Of a stretch of DNA of 64,000 bases, positions 1 through 15,810 are shown piece after piece. The position numbers were made by a program, and so were the translations under genes. Position 1 is the first letter of the stretch. Every line of letters begins with the position of its first letter. The stretch lies in assembly GCF_009914755.1 (NCBI RefSeq), contig NC_060927.1; one strand, given 5' to 3'. The notes under the pieces were generated by a model that was given only the letters and a program-made list of their open reading frames with translations, made no database searches and was not told the origin of the DNA. The DNA is from the human T2T-CHM13v2.0 reference genome, Homo sapiens.

Positions 1-637
1 TGTGCCATTATAATTATACTAATCTTAGTGGAAAGTGCTAAGTTAAGGTCATACAAGTCAATTAAGCTTTGTTGAATGGGATAAACTAAAATAAATAATT
101 ATATACTGGTACAAGAATGATGTGTTGGATACAGAGTTACATCATTCTTGTAAGTCCATTTCTTGATCTATTCATTAACAAGTATTTACTGGTAAAAGAC
201 AACTTGGTGTAAATCTGATTAACTACTTGCTAACAGGCATACAGCAACTACCTCATAGCTTCAAATCTCTCTTATCTTTAAATTAGTGACAAAAAATGCC
301 CAACTTCACAAGATTGCTGTAGAATTCAAAATACATTAGAATTCAAAATACAGTAAAAGTGGCATTTAATATCTCTGCAGTAAATATTATCTCAGTCTAA
401 ACACCTCTCTATAAAGGGTTTCTTGAACCATAAATTATTGGACAAGAATACATTTTACATCCTTTCTAAATCTAACCTTTGATAGTACTACAAATTCACC
501 ATGCCTAAATGTCAGAACTAGATACTGGGATATTGTTCCAGATTCTTCTTTGCAATGGATGTTTCTAAAATAAAATGTGTATCAACCTTATTCCATAATT
601 TTAATCAAAGTATATCGTGTATGGAAACAGATAATGT

Positions 638-2138
638 TTCTTTAAAAACTTTTATATTAAGTTCAGGGCTAGAAGTGCAAGTTTGTTACATAGGTAAACT
701 TGTGTCATGGGGGTTTGTTGTATAGATTATTTTGTCACCCAAGTATTAAGCCTAGTACCCATTGTTTTTCTTGATCCTCTCCTTCCTCCCAACCTTCACC
801 CTCCAAAAGGCCCTAATGTGTGTTTTTCCCCTCTATGTGTCCATGTGTACTCATCATTTATCTCCCACTTATAAGTGAGAACATCTGGTGTTTGATTTTC
901 TGTTTCTGTGTTAGTTTGCTAGGGATAAGGGCCTCCATCTCCATCCATGTCCCTGCAAAGGACGTGATTTCATTCTATTTTATCACTGCATAGTATTCCA
1001 TGGTGTACATTACTACATTTTCCTTAGTCTATCATTGATAAGTATTTAGGTTGATTCCATGTCTTTGCTATTGTGAATACCGCTGCAATGAACGTACACA
1101 TGCATGTGTCTTTATAATAGAATGATTTATATTCCTTTGGGTATATACCTAGTAACGGGGTTGCTGGGTCAAATGGTATTTCTGTCTTTTGGTGTTTGAG
1201 GAATCGCAACACTGTCTTCCACAATGGTTGAACTAATTTACACTCCCACCAGCAGTGTAGAAGTGTTCTTTATGCTCCACAACCTTGCCAGTGTCTGTTA
1301 TTTTATTGACTTTTTAATAATAGCCATTCTGACTACTGTGAGATGGTATCTCATTTTCATTTTGATTTGCATTTCTCTAATGATCAGTGATGTTGAGATT
1401 TTCTCATGATTGTTGGCTGCATGCATGTCTTCTTTGCAAAGAGTCTGTTCATGTCCTTTGCCCACTTTTTAATGGGGTTGTTTTTTTATTTAAATTTGTT
1501 TAAGTTCCTTATAGATGCTGGATATTTGTCAGATGGATAGACTGCAAAAATTTTCTCTCATTCTGTAGGTAGTCTGTTTATTCTGCTGATAGTTTCTTTT
1601 GCTGTACAGAAGCTCTTTAGTTTAATTGGATCCCATTTGTCAATGTTTTCTTTTGTTGCAATTGCTTTTGTTGTCTTTGTCATGAAATCTTTTCCCATGC
1701 ATATGTCCTGAATTGTACTGCTTAGGTTGTCTTTCAGGGTTTCTATAGTTTTGGGTTTTACATTTAAGTCTTTAATCCACCTTGAGTTAATTTTTGTGTA
1801 CGGTGTAAGAAAGGGGTCCAGTTTCAATCTTCTGCATATGGCTAACCAGTTATCCCAGTACCATTTATTGAATAGGGAATCCTTTCGCCATTGCTTGGTT
1901 TTGTCAGGTTTGTCAAAGATTAGATATTTGTAAGTGTGTGGTCTCATATCCAGATTCTGTATTCTGTTCTATTGGTTTATGTGTCCCTTTTGGACCAGTA
2001 TCATGCTGTTTTGGTTACTGTAGCCTTACATTATAGTTTGAAGTTGGATAGCTTTGTCCTCCAGCTTTGTTCTTTTTGCTTAGGATTGCCTTGGCTATTT
2101 GGGCTCTTTTTTGTTTCCATATGAATTTTAAAATGGTT
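638..2138 (-). mobile_element. LINE-1, 5'-truncated (older L1PA, about L1PA11-13): ORF2 C-terminus plus 3' UTR
   Basis: Minus-strand ORFs 1558-1947 and 1024-1224 translate to ORF2 C-terminal sequence ([24 protein letters not shown]). 16-bp TSD tggaaacagataatgt at 622-637 and 2139-2154. Confidence 0.95.
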
Positions 2139-2239
2139 TGGAAACAGATAATGTCTTACAAATAAAAAATCCAGTCAAGGCTTTAGCTTCAATTCAACTA
2201 TTCTGTTCTACTTACAAGAAATTTTCCATATATGTATCT

Positions 2240-2527
2240 TTTTTTTTTTTTTGAGACAGGGACTCACTTTGTCACTCAGGTTGGAGTACGGTGGCATGAT
2301 CTCTGTTAACTGCAACCTCTTCCTCCTGGGCTCAAGTGATGGTCTCACTTTACCCTCCTGGGTTGCTGGTACTACAAGCTCATGCACCCATGCCCAGCTA
2401 ATTTTTGGTAGGGAAGAAGTTTCAACCATGTTGCTCAGGCTGACCTTGAACGCCTAACCTCAAGTGATCAGCCTGCCTCAGCCTCCCAAAGTGGTGAGAT
2501 TACAGGCGTGAGCCACAGTGCCCAGCC
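2240..2527 (-). mobile_element. Alu (AluJ-like), full length
   Basis: Poly-T followed by gagacaggg...gagccacagtgcccagcc. TSD catat(a/g)tgtatct at about 2227-2239 and 2528-2540. Confidence 0.95.
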
Positions 2528-2715
2528 CATATGTGTATCTCAAAATGTTTCATAACAGTGCATAAACAATAGGAAAGGAATAAATGTAAATGAAAAACAT
2601 GTAGTGTTGTTTGAAAAATTTCCCCTTCATGTAGTAACCTTGAAATAAATTTTGGTTCATGCCTAAATCTGATAAAAAGAAAAAAAAATCTTTAATAAAT
2701 GTAAAAATGAAAGCA

Positions 2716-3020
2716 GACCAATCACCATGACTTACACCTATAATCTCAGCACTTTGAGAGTCTGAGATCAGCAGATGGCTTGAGCCCATTTGTTCAAGAC
2801 CAGCCTGGGCAACATGGTGAAATCCCGTCTCTACAAAAATACAAAATATTAGCCGGGGGTAGTGGAATGCGCCTGTAGTCCCAGGTACCCAGGAGGCTGA
2901 GGTGGGAGGATCACCTGAGCCTGGGAGGTTGAGGCTGCTGTGAGCCATGATTGCGCCTGGGTGAAGGAGTGAGACTCTGCCTCAAAATTAATTAATTAAT
3001 TAATTAATTAATTAAAATTA
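2716..3020 (+). mobile_element. Alu (AluJ-like) with (AATT)n tail
   Basis: Diverged dimeric Alu (ttcaagaccagcctgggcaacatgg, cctgtagtccca, gaggctgaggtgggagg) with a short deletion near the 3' end. Confidence 0.93.
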
Positions 3021-4439
3021 AAAAGTAAAGAGAGAGACAGTAATACCATAAAACTGAGAATGTTCTACTCACAAAAATCATCCTATAAATATTTGTTCCC
3101 AAGATGCTGCATTTTCCTCACTGAAAGCTGTATCTTATTTATTTATTTATTTTTACGGACATATAAGCAGTGCAAGTGCTAACAATTGTAGAGATAGAAA
3201 GAAATAGATAGAAAGAGATAGACAGAAAGAAAAGAGTGTTATACAACTTTTAAACCGTGTAAGAGTCTTAATTTTGAGGGTGCTTAGGCCGCATTGAAGA
3301 ACTCTGGAAATAGTTTTGACAGAAGTTTCTTCTTTGTGTCTTCTAGATCAAGGAGGCCAAAACTTGTTAGATTCCCGACTGCACAGCATTCAAATGTCCT
3401 GACAAATTGTCAGGAAATGACCCTCCTTAAAGTTGCTTTACCAAGGGTCAACTAAAGTAAAGTAGTGTCCTGAATGTCAGTTCCTTTAGTCGGGCCCACC
3501 TCTTAGTGGCAAAATGGCTGTGATAGGCTGGCAGCAGGGATGAGGAAAAGAAGAGGAAAAATAGACAAAGATGAAAAGAGTTCCTCTATATGAATGTTTT
3601 AAGGACTTTGAGGATACTGCCCATATATTTTCAATCTTAAGACCTCAGCCTCAGCCTTTCCTACCAATTTGTCTTTTTGTCTTCTGTTTGCTACAAGTTG
3701 AAAAAAAAAAAAAACACACCAAAACCAGCCATCAGAGGCAGGAGGAAAAGCAGCAGCATAAATGTACAAATTTCTTCAACAAACAATTAGAAAGCATATG
3801 CTGCAGTTTCTTCAAAAAGGGTAAGAGGAAAATGAATGACTGGAGCTCAGAGACTAGGATAATCAGTCAATATCAATGTTATTTTAGGTATATCCACCTA
3901 ACGAAATATATTATTTTGGTGATGTCAATAAATATGCAAGATTCTTACTGTAAAATATCCATTTCAAGATTAAATTTGAAATGACATCTTCCTCATCTGT
4001 TAAATCTTAGACTTTAAATAAATACTATGTAGAGTCAAATAAGGGTAAAATCAAAATGCTCTGATTTACATACGAGGAAGTGGAGATTAACTGCAACTAG
4101 TGGAGGAGATGGAGAAAGGGGGTATGGCTATTAGAGTCATTTGGAGATTTTACACAGGTATATACATGTTCCCTGGAGACTTTAGGAATCACTACCACAG
4201 TAGACCATTATCTATCCCTCAGACATGTCAGAGAAAAAACTGCACTGAGCACCACAGATCCTGATCATCCATCCAAATAATTTTTAGTTTAAAAGATAGA
4301 ATGATACAGATCTATAGCAATAGCATCTGAATTACTTTACCAGATTGCTGTACAGTTTGCTATAATTCTGTAAGCATCTACGATTAGCCTGGCACTGCCT
4401 TCGGCAGCTTCTTAGGTCTTATTTACAAATATCTTATTT

Positions 4440-4615
4440 AATATTATCCAGAAGAAAGAACAATAGTAGGACAAAACGTCTTTATCAGGTGACAAAATGG
4501 AGTCTTAGAGAATTAGAATAGTTTATTTAAGTCCACACAGCTTGTAAAAATCAGAGAAGAATTAGGACCCAGATGTGTTTAACATCAAATTTTCCACTCT
4601 GTTACCATAGAGGAC
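4440..4615 (-). mobile_element. MIR SINE fragment
   Basis: Degenerate MIR core: acaaaatggagtcttagagaattagaatagtttatttaagtccacacagcttgtaa. Confidence 0.6.
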
Positions 4616-5879
4616 TTCCCATCCTGGGCATTATTTGTCAATTTGACTCACGGATGTGGTCAGAATGAGGCTTACTGTTCTTTATAGCAGTGCATGGAAA
4701 CATACTCTCACTTATTTCTTCTCCTTATTTTAAATCTCTCTCAATTAATTAGGATTCACATTACTTCCCTACATGTAATTTTTCTCAACTCTGCAGTAAT
4801 TGTAGTCACTTGCCCTATTTCATAACAAAGCACAATGTTCTTGAAAGATCTGCGTTCTTTATTAACAGGATGTTATGAGAAAACATCCCCTAAGTTGGAA
4901 TGTACTTTATGAAGACAATCGTCATACTGACTTTCAATAATTTTAGTTTCATCCTTCTCATAATAAGTTTCTCTACACATTTAAAAGCAAGTATCAGCGA
5001 TATTGAGTCAATTAGTTTCCCAAGTTCTATTATGTGATTGCAATGTAGGCAGTGCAAAAAGCTAGGTAGACAATATGTTATAAAACAAAGCAAAAAAGGA
5101 GAGAGAGAGGTTCACACTGGTAAAGATTGGTGTTTCCAAATTCTAAAAGAAAAATGACTAGTCTCTGCAAACATTTATTTTTTCTAGCAGACATACTTTA
5201 GCCATGAAATCTCAAGTCTATATTTAACTATAAAGCTTTTTTTTATATACATCAAGTTCAAAGACAACAATCTGTGCCTGGGACTGCAGATTTGAAAACA
5301 TTCCAATATGATATTAAATGATAATGATCAAATCCTAAGAGCATACTCAACCTAAATAACTAGTTGAATTACATGTGGTTGCCTTTTTAAAATATGATAT
5401 GCGGCATACTTTTTATACCTGGTCCTCCACCCAACTACCTCATTGTATCTAGCTATCTGAAATAAAATATTTAAGTCTTTATGTCTACCTACCTAATAAT
5501 GAAAGGTAATTCCCTTGGTACTTTGCATGTTAATTCTGATAAACTCCAAATAGAATTATACAAAATTCAAATTAAATACATTTAAATTAAAGAATAGACA
5601 TTTTAACCTTTTAAAAAATTTAGGAGCCCCGGAATGTTATCTGGAATATTCATGTTATAACAGAAATATAACAGGATTATTTCCCTATATGGAGGCTAAA
5701 TTTTCTGGGAGCACAGCTTTTAATCAAGCTTACTGTATTCATACAAAGAGATTTCTGAGAGAGAAAGGAGGCAGCATTTTTATTACTAAAATAAATGACT
5801 TTTTCCTAGTTATAAAATTGATTAATGGAATTTTATTTGAGCAACCTAGCCATTATTAAAGAATATAAGTATTCAATCT

Positions 5880-5990
5880 CAATGTTGGTTGTACAACATT
5901 GTGAACGTATTCATTGTCACTACATTGTTCACTATAAAATGGTTAATTTTATGTTACGTGAATTTAATTTCAATTTTTAAAAGTGAATAA
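5880..5990 (+). mobile_element. Ancient L1M 3' end fragment
   Basis: ggttgtacaacattgtgaa...aaaatggttaattttatgttacgtgaattt matches L1MB/L1ME-type 3' termini. Confidence 0.65.
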
Positions 5991-6139
5991 ATGTTATGTT
6001 TAATTTTGAAAAATGAGAACTTTACATAGACATATTATATTATTGTTGAGTTAAAAGAAAGTTTCAGGGCTGTGTATCTCATATATACCTTCTGTGTATA
6101 GACAACCGTAAACCTTCACACACTTGAGTCTTCCTTAGT

Positions 6140-6600
6140 GACAGAGTTTGTTTCAACTTTTGGTGTGCAGAGTTAAGAGGATCCCTTCCTCAGCCCAGTA
6201 GAGAGACACGATTGATATATTTAAATTATAGACATTCTCATTCTCCTTAATAATGATTGAGAAGCAAGTCTGTTTGTAGGTTTCTAGAAAAGCTTTTCCT
6301 CCCTAGTAAAAAGAGACACATAAAAAGAAAAGCCTTTCTCTTCCTTGCTGGATTCTGTGATATCTGTTTGTGGCACTTGGAACAGTTTTAATCATTCTGC
6401 GGCCATGAAGGGAGACGTTGTACCATGCTAAAGAAAGCATAGTGTTAAAGGCAATATTGTGCCACTCTCTTAACTTCCAATCTACTGGAAAATGCTAAAT
6501 CTAGATTTTTCTTATGTGAATTAGTAAATTTTTCTCAATGTCAGACACTTTAATTTGGATATTTTAATACTTGTAGCTGAAAACCTCCTCCTGTTCAATA
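6140..6600 (+). mobile_element. MLT1 (J/K-like) MaLR LTR remnant
   Basis: cattctgcggccatgaaggg and 3' motif tacttgtagctgaaaacctcct. Confidence 0.55.
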
Positions 6601-6707
6601 CAGTGTGATTCTAATTTCCCTTTTTTTTGCATATGGGAAAATCATGGTATGAAAACTATCTGATTAAACATTACATAGTTTTATATGTATATAAAAATAC
6701 CTATCTC

Positions 6708-7849
6708 GGTCAACGGGTATTTCTGGTTCTAGATCCTTGAGGAATCGCTGCACTGTCTTCCACAATGGTTGAACTAATTTACACTCCCATCAACAGTGTA
6801 AAAGCATTTCTATTTCTCCACATCTTCTCCAGCATCTGTTGGTTCCTGACGTTTTAATGATCACCATTCTAACTGGTGTTAGGTGGTATCTCATTGTGCT
6901 TTTGATTTGCATTTCTCTAATGACCAGTGATGATGAGCTTTTTTTCATATGTTTGTTGGCCACATAAATGTCTTCTTTTGAGAAGTGTCTGTTCATATCC
7001 TTCACCCACCTTTTGATGGGGTTGTATTTTTTTCTTGTAAATTTGTTTAAGTTCCTTGTAGATTCTGGATATTAGCCCTTTGTCCGATGGATAGACTGCA
7101 GAAATTTTCTCCCTTTCTGTAGGTTGTCTGTTCATTCTGATGATAGTTTCTTTTGCTGTGCAAAAGCTTTTTAGTTTAATTAGATCTAATTTGTCAATTT
7201 TAGCTTTTGTTGCCATTACTTTTGGTGTTTTAGTCATGACGTCTTTGCCCATGCCTATGTCCTGAATGGTATTGCCTACATTTTCTGCTGGGGTTTTTAT
7301 GGTTTTAGGTCTTACGTGTAAGTATTTAATCCATCTTGAGTTATATACCCAAAGGATGATAAATCATTCTACTATAAAGACACATGCACACTTATGTTTA
7401 TTGCAGCACTGCTCACAATAGCAAAGACTTAGAACCAACCCAAATGCCCATGAATGACAGACTGGATAAAGAAAATGTGGCACATATACACCATGGAATT
7501 CTGTGCAGCCGTAAAAAAGGATGAGTCCATGTCCTTTGCAGGAACGTGGATGAAGCTGGAAACCATCATTCTCAGCAAACTAACACAGGAACAGAAAACT
7601 AAACACCACATGTTCTCACTCATAAGTGGGAGTTGAACAATGAGAACACATGGACACAGGGAGGGGAACATCACGCACGGGGGCCTCTTGGGAGGTTGAG
7701 GGCTATGGGAGGGATAGCATTAGGAGAAATACCTAATGCAGATGACGGGTTGATGGATGAAGCAAACCACCATGGCACATGTATACCTATGTAACAAACC
7801 TACACATTCTGCACATGTATCCCAGAACTTAAAATTATATAAAAAAAAA
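6708..7849 (+). mobile_element. LINE-1 (about L1PA7/8) with 5' inversion: 6708-7343 minus, 7344-7849 plus
   Basis: Minus-strand ORF2 fragments (6790-7252) join a plus-strand ORF2 end, 3' UTR and A-tail. The two pieces are adjacent in L1 coordinates with about 20 nt missing. Confidence 0.93.
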
Positions 7850-8207
7850 TGTTTTCCTGATAATTTAAAACAAATTTGTGGTGGCTTCTGAATTGCAGAG
7901 CATTCCAGAATAACCACAGCCAGTAATGAAAGGGATACTTCTGCTGCATACACTTTAAATTTTGTATTTGTACATGAATTATGTATGCTAAAAAAGAAAT
8001 AATTATTAAATAATTACATAGAGCAAATATATATATATGGAGATATGCTAAAAATTTCTTAAAGATTACACACATCATTTGGTAATGACACATTCTAATG
8101 AATGAGAAGGTATGAGGAAAAGGACATCACTTATTAATTCATAGAATTCTTGTTTGAATTTGTTTTACAGTAAATGTATGTTACTTATTTGGATTTAATA
8201 ATAGATG

Positions 8208-8573
8208 TGACATGGTTTCACTGTGTCCCCACCCAAATCTCATCTTTAATTGTAGCTTCCGTAATTCCCATATGTCATGGGAGGGGCCTGATAGGAGGTA
8301 ATTGAATCATGGGGGCATGTCTTTCCCATGACGTTTTTGTGATAGCGAATAAGTTTCATAAGATATGATGGTTTTCTAAAGGGCAGTTCCCCCACACAAG
8401 CTCTCTCTTTGCCTGCCACCATGTAAGATGTGACTTTGCTCTTCCTTTGCCTTTGCCATGATTGTGAGGCCTCCCCATCCCTGTGGAACTGTGAGTCAAT
8501 TAAACCTCTTTCTTTTATAAGTTACCCAGTCTTGGGTATGCCTTTATTAGCAGTGTGAGAATGAACTAATACA
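8208..8573 (+). mobile_element. THE1 (B/C-like) solo LTR
   Basis: tgacatggttt...gaactaataca termini; 5-bp TSD agatg/ggatg. Confidence 0.93.
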
Positions 8574-9421
8574 GGATGCAAAAAGAAAAAGTATATATTA
8601 ACTACCATTCATAATAGGGGAAAATGGCATACTCATGTTTTGGGGGATAAATATATATGTTTATTAGAATTTTTACATTTTTTCAAAAATTTTGTTCACC
8701 TTCTGTACTAATTAAGACTTTCTGGATTGCAAATAAGTATATCTTTCTCAAAGTTACCAATCCAAGATGGGTAGGATTAGAGCTTACTTTGTAAAATACT
8801 AAAACCAGGAACAAATAGAGTCAGCCCTCTTTGTTTTCTTATCTCATCATGTTGCTTCTCTGCTGATACTGGCCCATCCCCATGGAAAGGGTAACTGGCA
8901 ATTCTGACCAACTCCAATACCAATTTGAAAATGTCTTGTAAGCTTGGGTGATGTGCCCATCACTTTGACCAATCTCGGTGACAGGGAGTAAGGCAAAATT
9001 ACTGCCCTAAATTATATTTTGGGCCTTCTTATATCTAAGACACTTTCAACAGACGTGGCTCTCTGGATTATCACTGTGAGGAGAAGACCGCTTATACATC
9101 ATCTGCCATAGGGAGTGGGAGTTCTCTGGCACTTCCCCATACCTACCATGGGCCAGGGAGTGTGAGAGTAATTTTCCTGTATTCATTGGTTAATCGTCCT
9201 GATAAACTTCCCATTTTAGTTATTATGAATGCCAAAATCAAGGACTTAGGATTTAAAATAATTTGTCAAAATCACAAATATAAGAGACAAAGCCAGGATT
9301 TGAACAAAGTCTATATTTCACTATAGTCTGGGATATCTTCGGCAAGCCACTCAAACCACTCAGAATAAGAATTGGCTTTTAACTCTATGTTGAATAGGAG
9401 TGGTGAGAGAGGTAATCCCTA

Positions 9422-12450
<3,029 letters not shown>

Positions 12451-13439
12451 ACAATGAGAACACATGGACACAGGAAGGGAAACATCACACTCTGGGGACT
12501 GTTGTGGGGTGGAGGGGGGAGGGATAGCATTGGGAGATATACCTAATGCTAGATGACAAGTTAGTGGGTGCAGCACACCAGCATGGCACATGTATACATG
12601 TGTAACTAACCTGCACATTGTGCACATGTACCCTAAAACTTAAAGTATAATAAAAAAAAGAATTGGCTTTTAAAAAATGTTAATCACATACAGTTTATTA
12701 TAATTGTCTTTCTGCATTAAATGACAGAAGTTGTATGTATACAAATACAGAGTTTTTCATGAGAACTGGAATAGCAGCTACACTGGCTGCACTTAGGGAT
12801 AGCTCAATGAAGAAATTCTCTGGCCCTCACAGGGTTTTCCAGTGGATATCTTTGGGAGAAATATGTGTTCATTCTGATCTGAAATGTCTAGAAAATCAGA
12901 TATGTTTCATTTTTAATTATAGGGCATTGTCATCTTTAGTTGCACATTAATGTCCCTTGTTACACCAAAAAAATTCGATTAGTTATATATAAGAAGTGAT
13001 GTGTTATAAAATTTTATATTAGAAAATGATAGTGATTTGGGGTAAAATAATTACATTTCTCATTTTGAATAGCATATTCTAATTTTAGCAGATAATTCCA
13101 GTTACCTGAGTAGCAATTAAAAATACTGATCTGTTAGCACTAGTCCTAGTTTTTCAGATAAAATATATAGGAATGATTAGTGGTGATGGGGTTGAATGTG
13201 TTTTCTTAAAATATCCTTTTGGGTCACTCTGATAATCTGGGGAGACTGGAAGCACTCTTATAGACTATCTGTGTTCACTGTGGCAAATAATTTTTTAGAA
13301 TCATTGCAGGGGTAATTTAGAATCAAAGAAACACTCTGTTCCTGTATACAAAATCACATTTGGTGAGACTGACATTTCTAGATCTCTGCCAACTATAATA
13401 TTGTAAGAATGGATTATACCTAAAACCATTATCAGATAG

Positions 13440-13625
13440 GATTTGTCAACTGTGCCATCCCTGACCACTTATAACAATTAGGACTTTAAGAAATTCATTT
13501 AGACTTTTTAATATTTCATGTTTCTTATTTGTAAAACAGGCAGTAATAATAACTACAAAATAAAAGACACTTGTGAGAATTTTAAGTGTGAAACAATGTA
13601 AATATAAGATATCATATATCCTTAA
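13440..13625 (+). mobile_element. MIR SINE fragment
   Basis: tttcttatttgtaaaacaggcagtaataataactac...ttgtgagaattttaagtg. Confidence 0.6.
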
Positions 13626-13639
13626 ACAATTTCCCTTGT

Positions 13640-13960
13640 GAATTACCCTGCTATCATTCAAAACACAGAGTCTACCTCCTTTTCAGAGGTTTTCTGAAGC
13701 TGTCTGGTTAGAACAAACCTGCCTCTTCTCTATGTACCTATACTACATGGCTAATTTCTCTACTCTAGAATTTCATATTCTATTTTATGTCATAGTTATT
13801 TGTGTATATTCAGTCAGCCCTATTAGATTTTAAGCATCTTGAGAATAAAAACTTTTTCCTTATCATCATAGTGATTCTTTGGTGTCCATCATCAAGGGGT
13901 CCCGGACAGGGCCTTAGATACAGTAGGTCCTCTACACATACTTATTAAACTGCATTGATA
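13640..13960 (+). mobile_element. L2 LINE 3' end
   Basis: ctattagattttaagcatcttgagaata...gatacagtaggtcctctacacatacttattaa. Confidence 0.65.
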
Positions 13961-14782
13961 AAGGTCTCAGAACACTGGACTGCATGAAGTGACTATTTGT
14001 CTATTGTTTATTACTATTTTATCCGAGAATATCAGCAGTATGTCTTTGCTCCTTTGCCTAATGGAAGGAACAATGTCTTTGAAATGAAAACTAAAATGTT
14101 CTGAATCCATTCCTTTCTCTATGTCAGACCCTTATATAAGAGTCTAAGAAAAAAATCTAATACAAGATAAATATTCAGAAGGTTCTTGCAAGACTGCTTT
14201 TATTACCCTCTATGCCTGCAGTATGTAATATTCTTGAAGCAAATATTAAAATTATTTAACATGATTAAGAGATAATTCTAAACTGATAGCTTCTATGCAC
14301 TCATTCCTCTTAACTTGTGATATTTCCTAAATGCTCCAAATGTATGATCTAGAAGCAACAGAAATCCTTTAATATTCATTATTATAACATTTTGTCAAAA
14401 TTTGTATTTTAAATTATGGATAGGTTTGTTATTGCTTCTCACTAAAATGTTTCCTTTTCTGACTATTAAAATAGCTGTCATTTAAAATTTGAAGTTCTAT
14501 GGCATCAGGGACTTTCACAAAAATATGTTTTTATATCTTTTGCCTGTTCGATTTTATTTATTGAATATTTTCTTCATAGCTATACCGGCAACATATGATC
14601 ACACAAAAATTCAAAAGCTCCTTTTAAATAACCAGAAAGAGTTACAAATAACCTGGAACATAGCAGCTATCAAGTCAAAATGGAAAATCACAGCAAATTT
14701 AAGTTACAGAGCTTCAACATGGGACCTGCTCCATGAGCAGTTTGAGTAAAACCTAAAGACTCAAATGAATACTTCAGTCACG

Positions 14783-14987
14783 ATCATTATCAAATCAATA
14801 CTCTATTGCAACAAAGATATTGTATGTGTAATGGACATGTCTCATTCGGCTTCCTGGTTTGCATGTAAATGATCAAAATGGCACATGCACTAGCTGCTAC
14901 AAACAAATGGCTTTTTAAGGATGGGATGCAGAAACAAAGAAAGACAACATTGAAACACTGAAAGTTCATTCAGCAATAGAGGAGCCA
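14783..14987. repeat. Source copy of a ~205-bp local inverted duplication
   Basis: Its reverse complement aligns to 15739-15810 plus 17013-17159. By hand, 14783-14929 versus 17013-17159 gives 130/147 identities with no gaps. Confidence 0.95.
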
Positions 14988-15580
14988 GGAAAAAAAAATC
15001 AATAATGAGGAAGACATGGGAATCTAAGAATCAGGAACCCAACACAAAAGAGAGATAAAGAGAATCACTGAAAATGCAAAAGGAAGACCCAGAATGACAG
15101 TTTGGTTACAGGCTAGAGAGTGTTAGGCCACATAAATAGTTTCTGAGGTATTGGCAGGAAAAAGGAAAGATGAAATGATAAGTTATCAGACAGGTTTGAC
15201 TTTCCAGAAAACTATAAAAAGACTGGTGTCAATCAAATGAAATAAAAGGGCAAATTAATTACAGAAAAAAAATCCACAAAGGCCTTCAAGATAGGAAACA
15301 AACTCACAGAACACCGCTTGATTCTGCAATTTAAAAAAATTACATATTTTTGATGGTGAAAACTTATCAACATGGAATTAACCAAAAACGAGTTACAACT
15401 ATATTTCAAAGATAGAAGGAGGAGACATATTTGGATGTGCTGGATGACAAAAGAGAGCTAAATTCTAAATTCTAATTTCTAAATAGTAGAAATGAGATGA
15501 ACATATCTAAAACTAAAATATTAAGAAATAGTACAATCATTTCTTAAATGAATACTGTAAATAAAGAATAACCACAAGAA
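14960..15580 (+). mobile_element. HAL1 (half-L1) remnant
   Basis: gaggaagacatgggaatctaagaatcaggaacccaacacaaaagagag...cccagaatgacag...aggctagagag resembles the HAL1 consensus. Confidence 0.6.
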
Positions 15581-15582
15581 TT

Positions 15583-15742
15583 GTTCGAGACCAACCTGGG
15601 CAACAAAGTGGGACTCCGTCTCTACCAAAAAAAATTGTTTAATTAGCCAGGTATGGTGGAATGCACCTGTAGCCACTAGGGAGGATGAGAATGGAGGGTT
15701 GCTTCAGCCCGGGAGTTTGAGGCTGCAGTGAGCTAACATGGC
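15583..15742 (+). mobile_element. AluJ-like, 5'-truncated; left part of a split element
   Basis: gttcgagaccaacctgggcaac...gaggctgcagtgagct, after which the sequence switches to non-Alu. Confidence 0.9.
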
Positions 15743-15810
15743 TCCTCTAGTTGCTGAATGACCTTTCAACGTTTCAGTGTTCTCTTTCTTGGTTTCTGCA
15801 TACCATCCAT
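15739..15810. repeat. Inverted duplicate, part 1 (copy of about 14917-14987)
   Basis: tggctcctctagttgctgaatgacctttca...tttctgcataccatcc is the reverse complement of ggatgggatgcagaaac...cattcagcaatagaggagcca. Confidence 0.92.

Noticed and set aside
320-352. 17-bp tandem duplication tagaattcaaaataca(t)
   Set aside because: Real, but an ordinary slippage-type micro-duplication.
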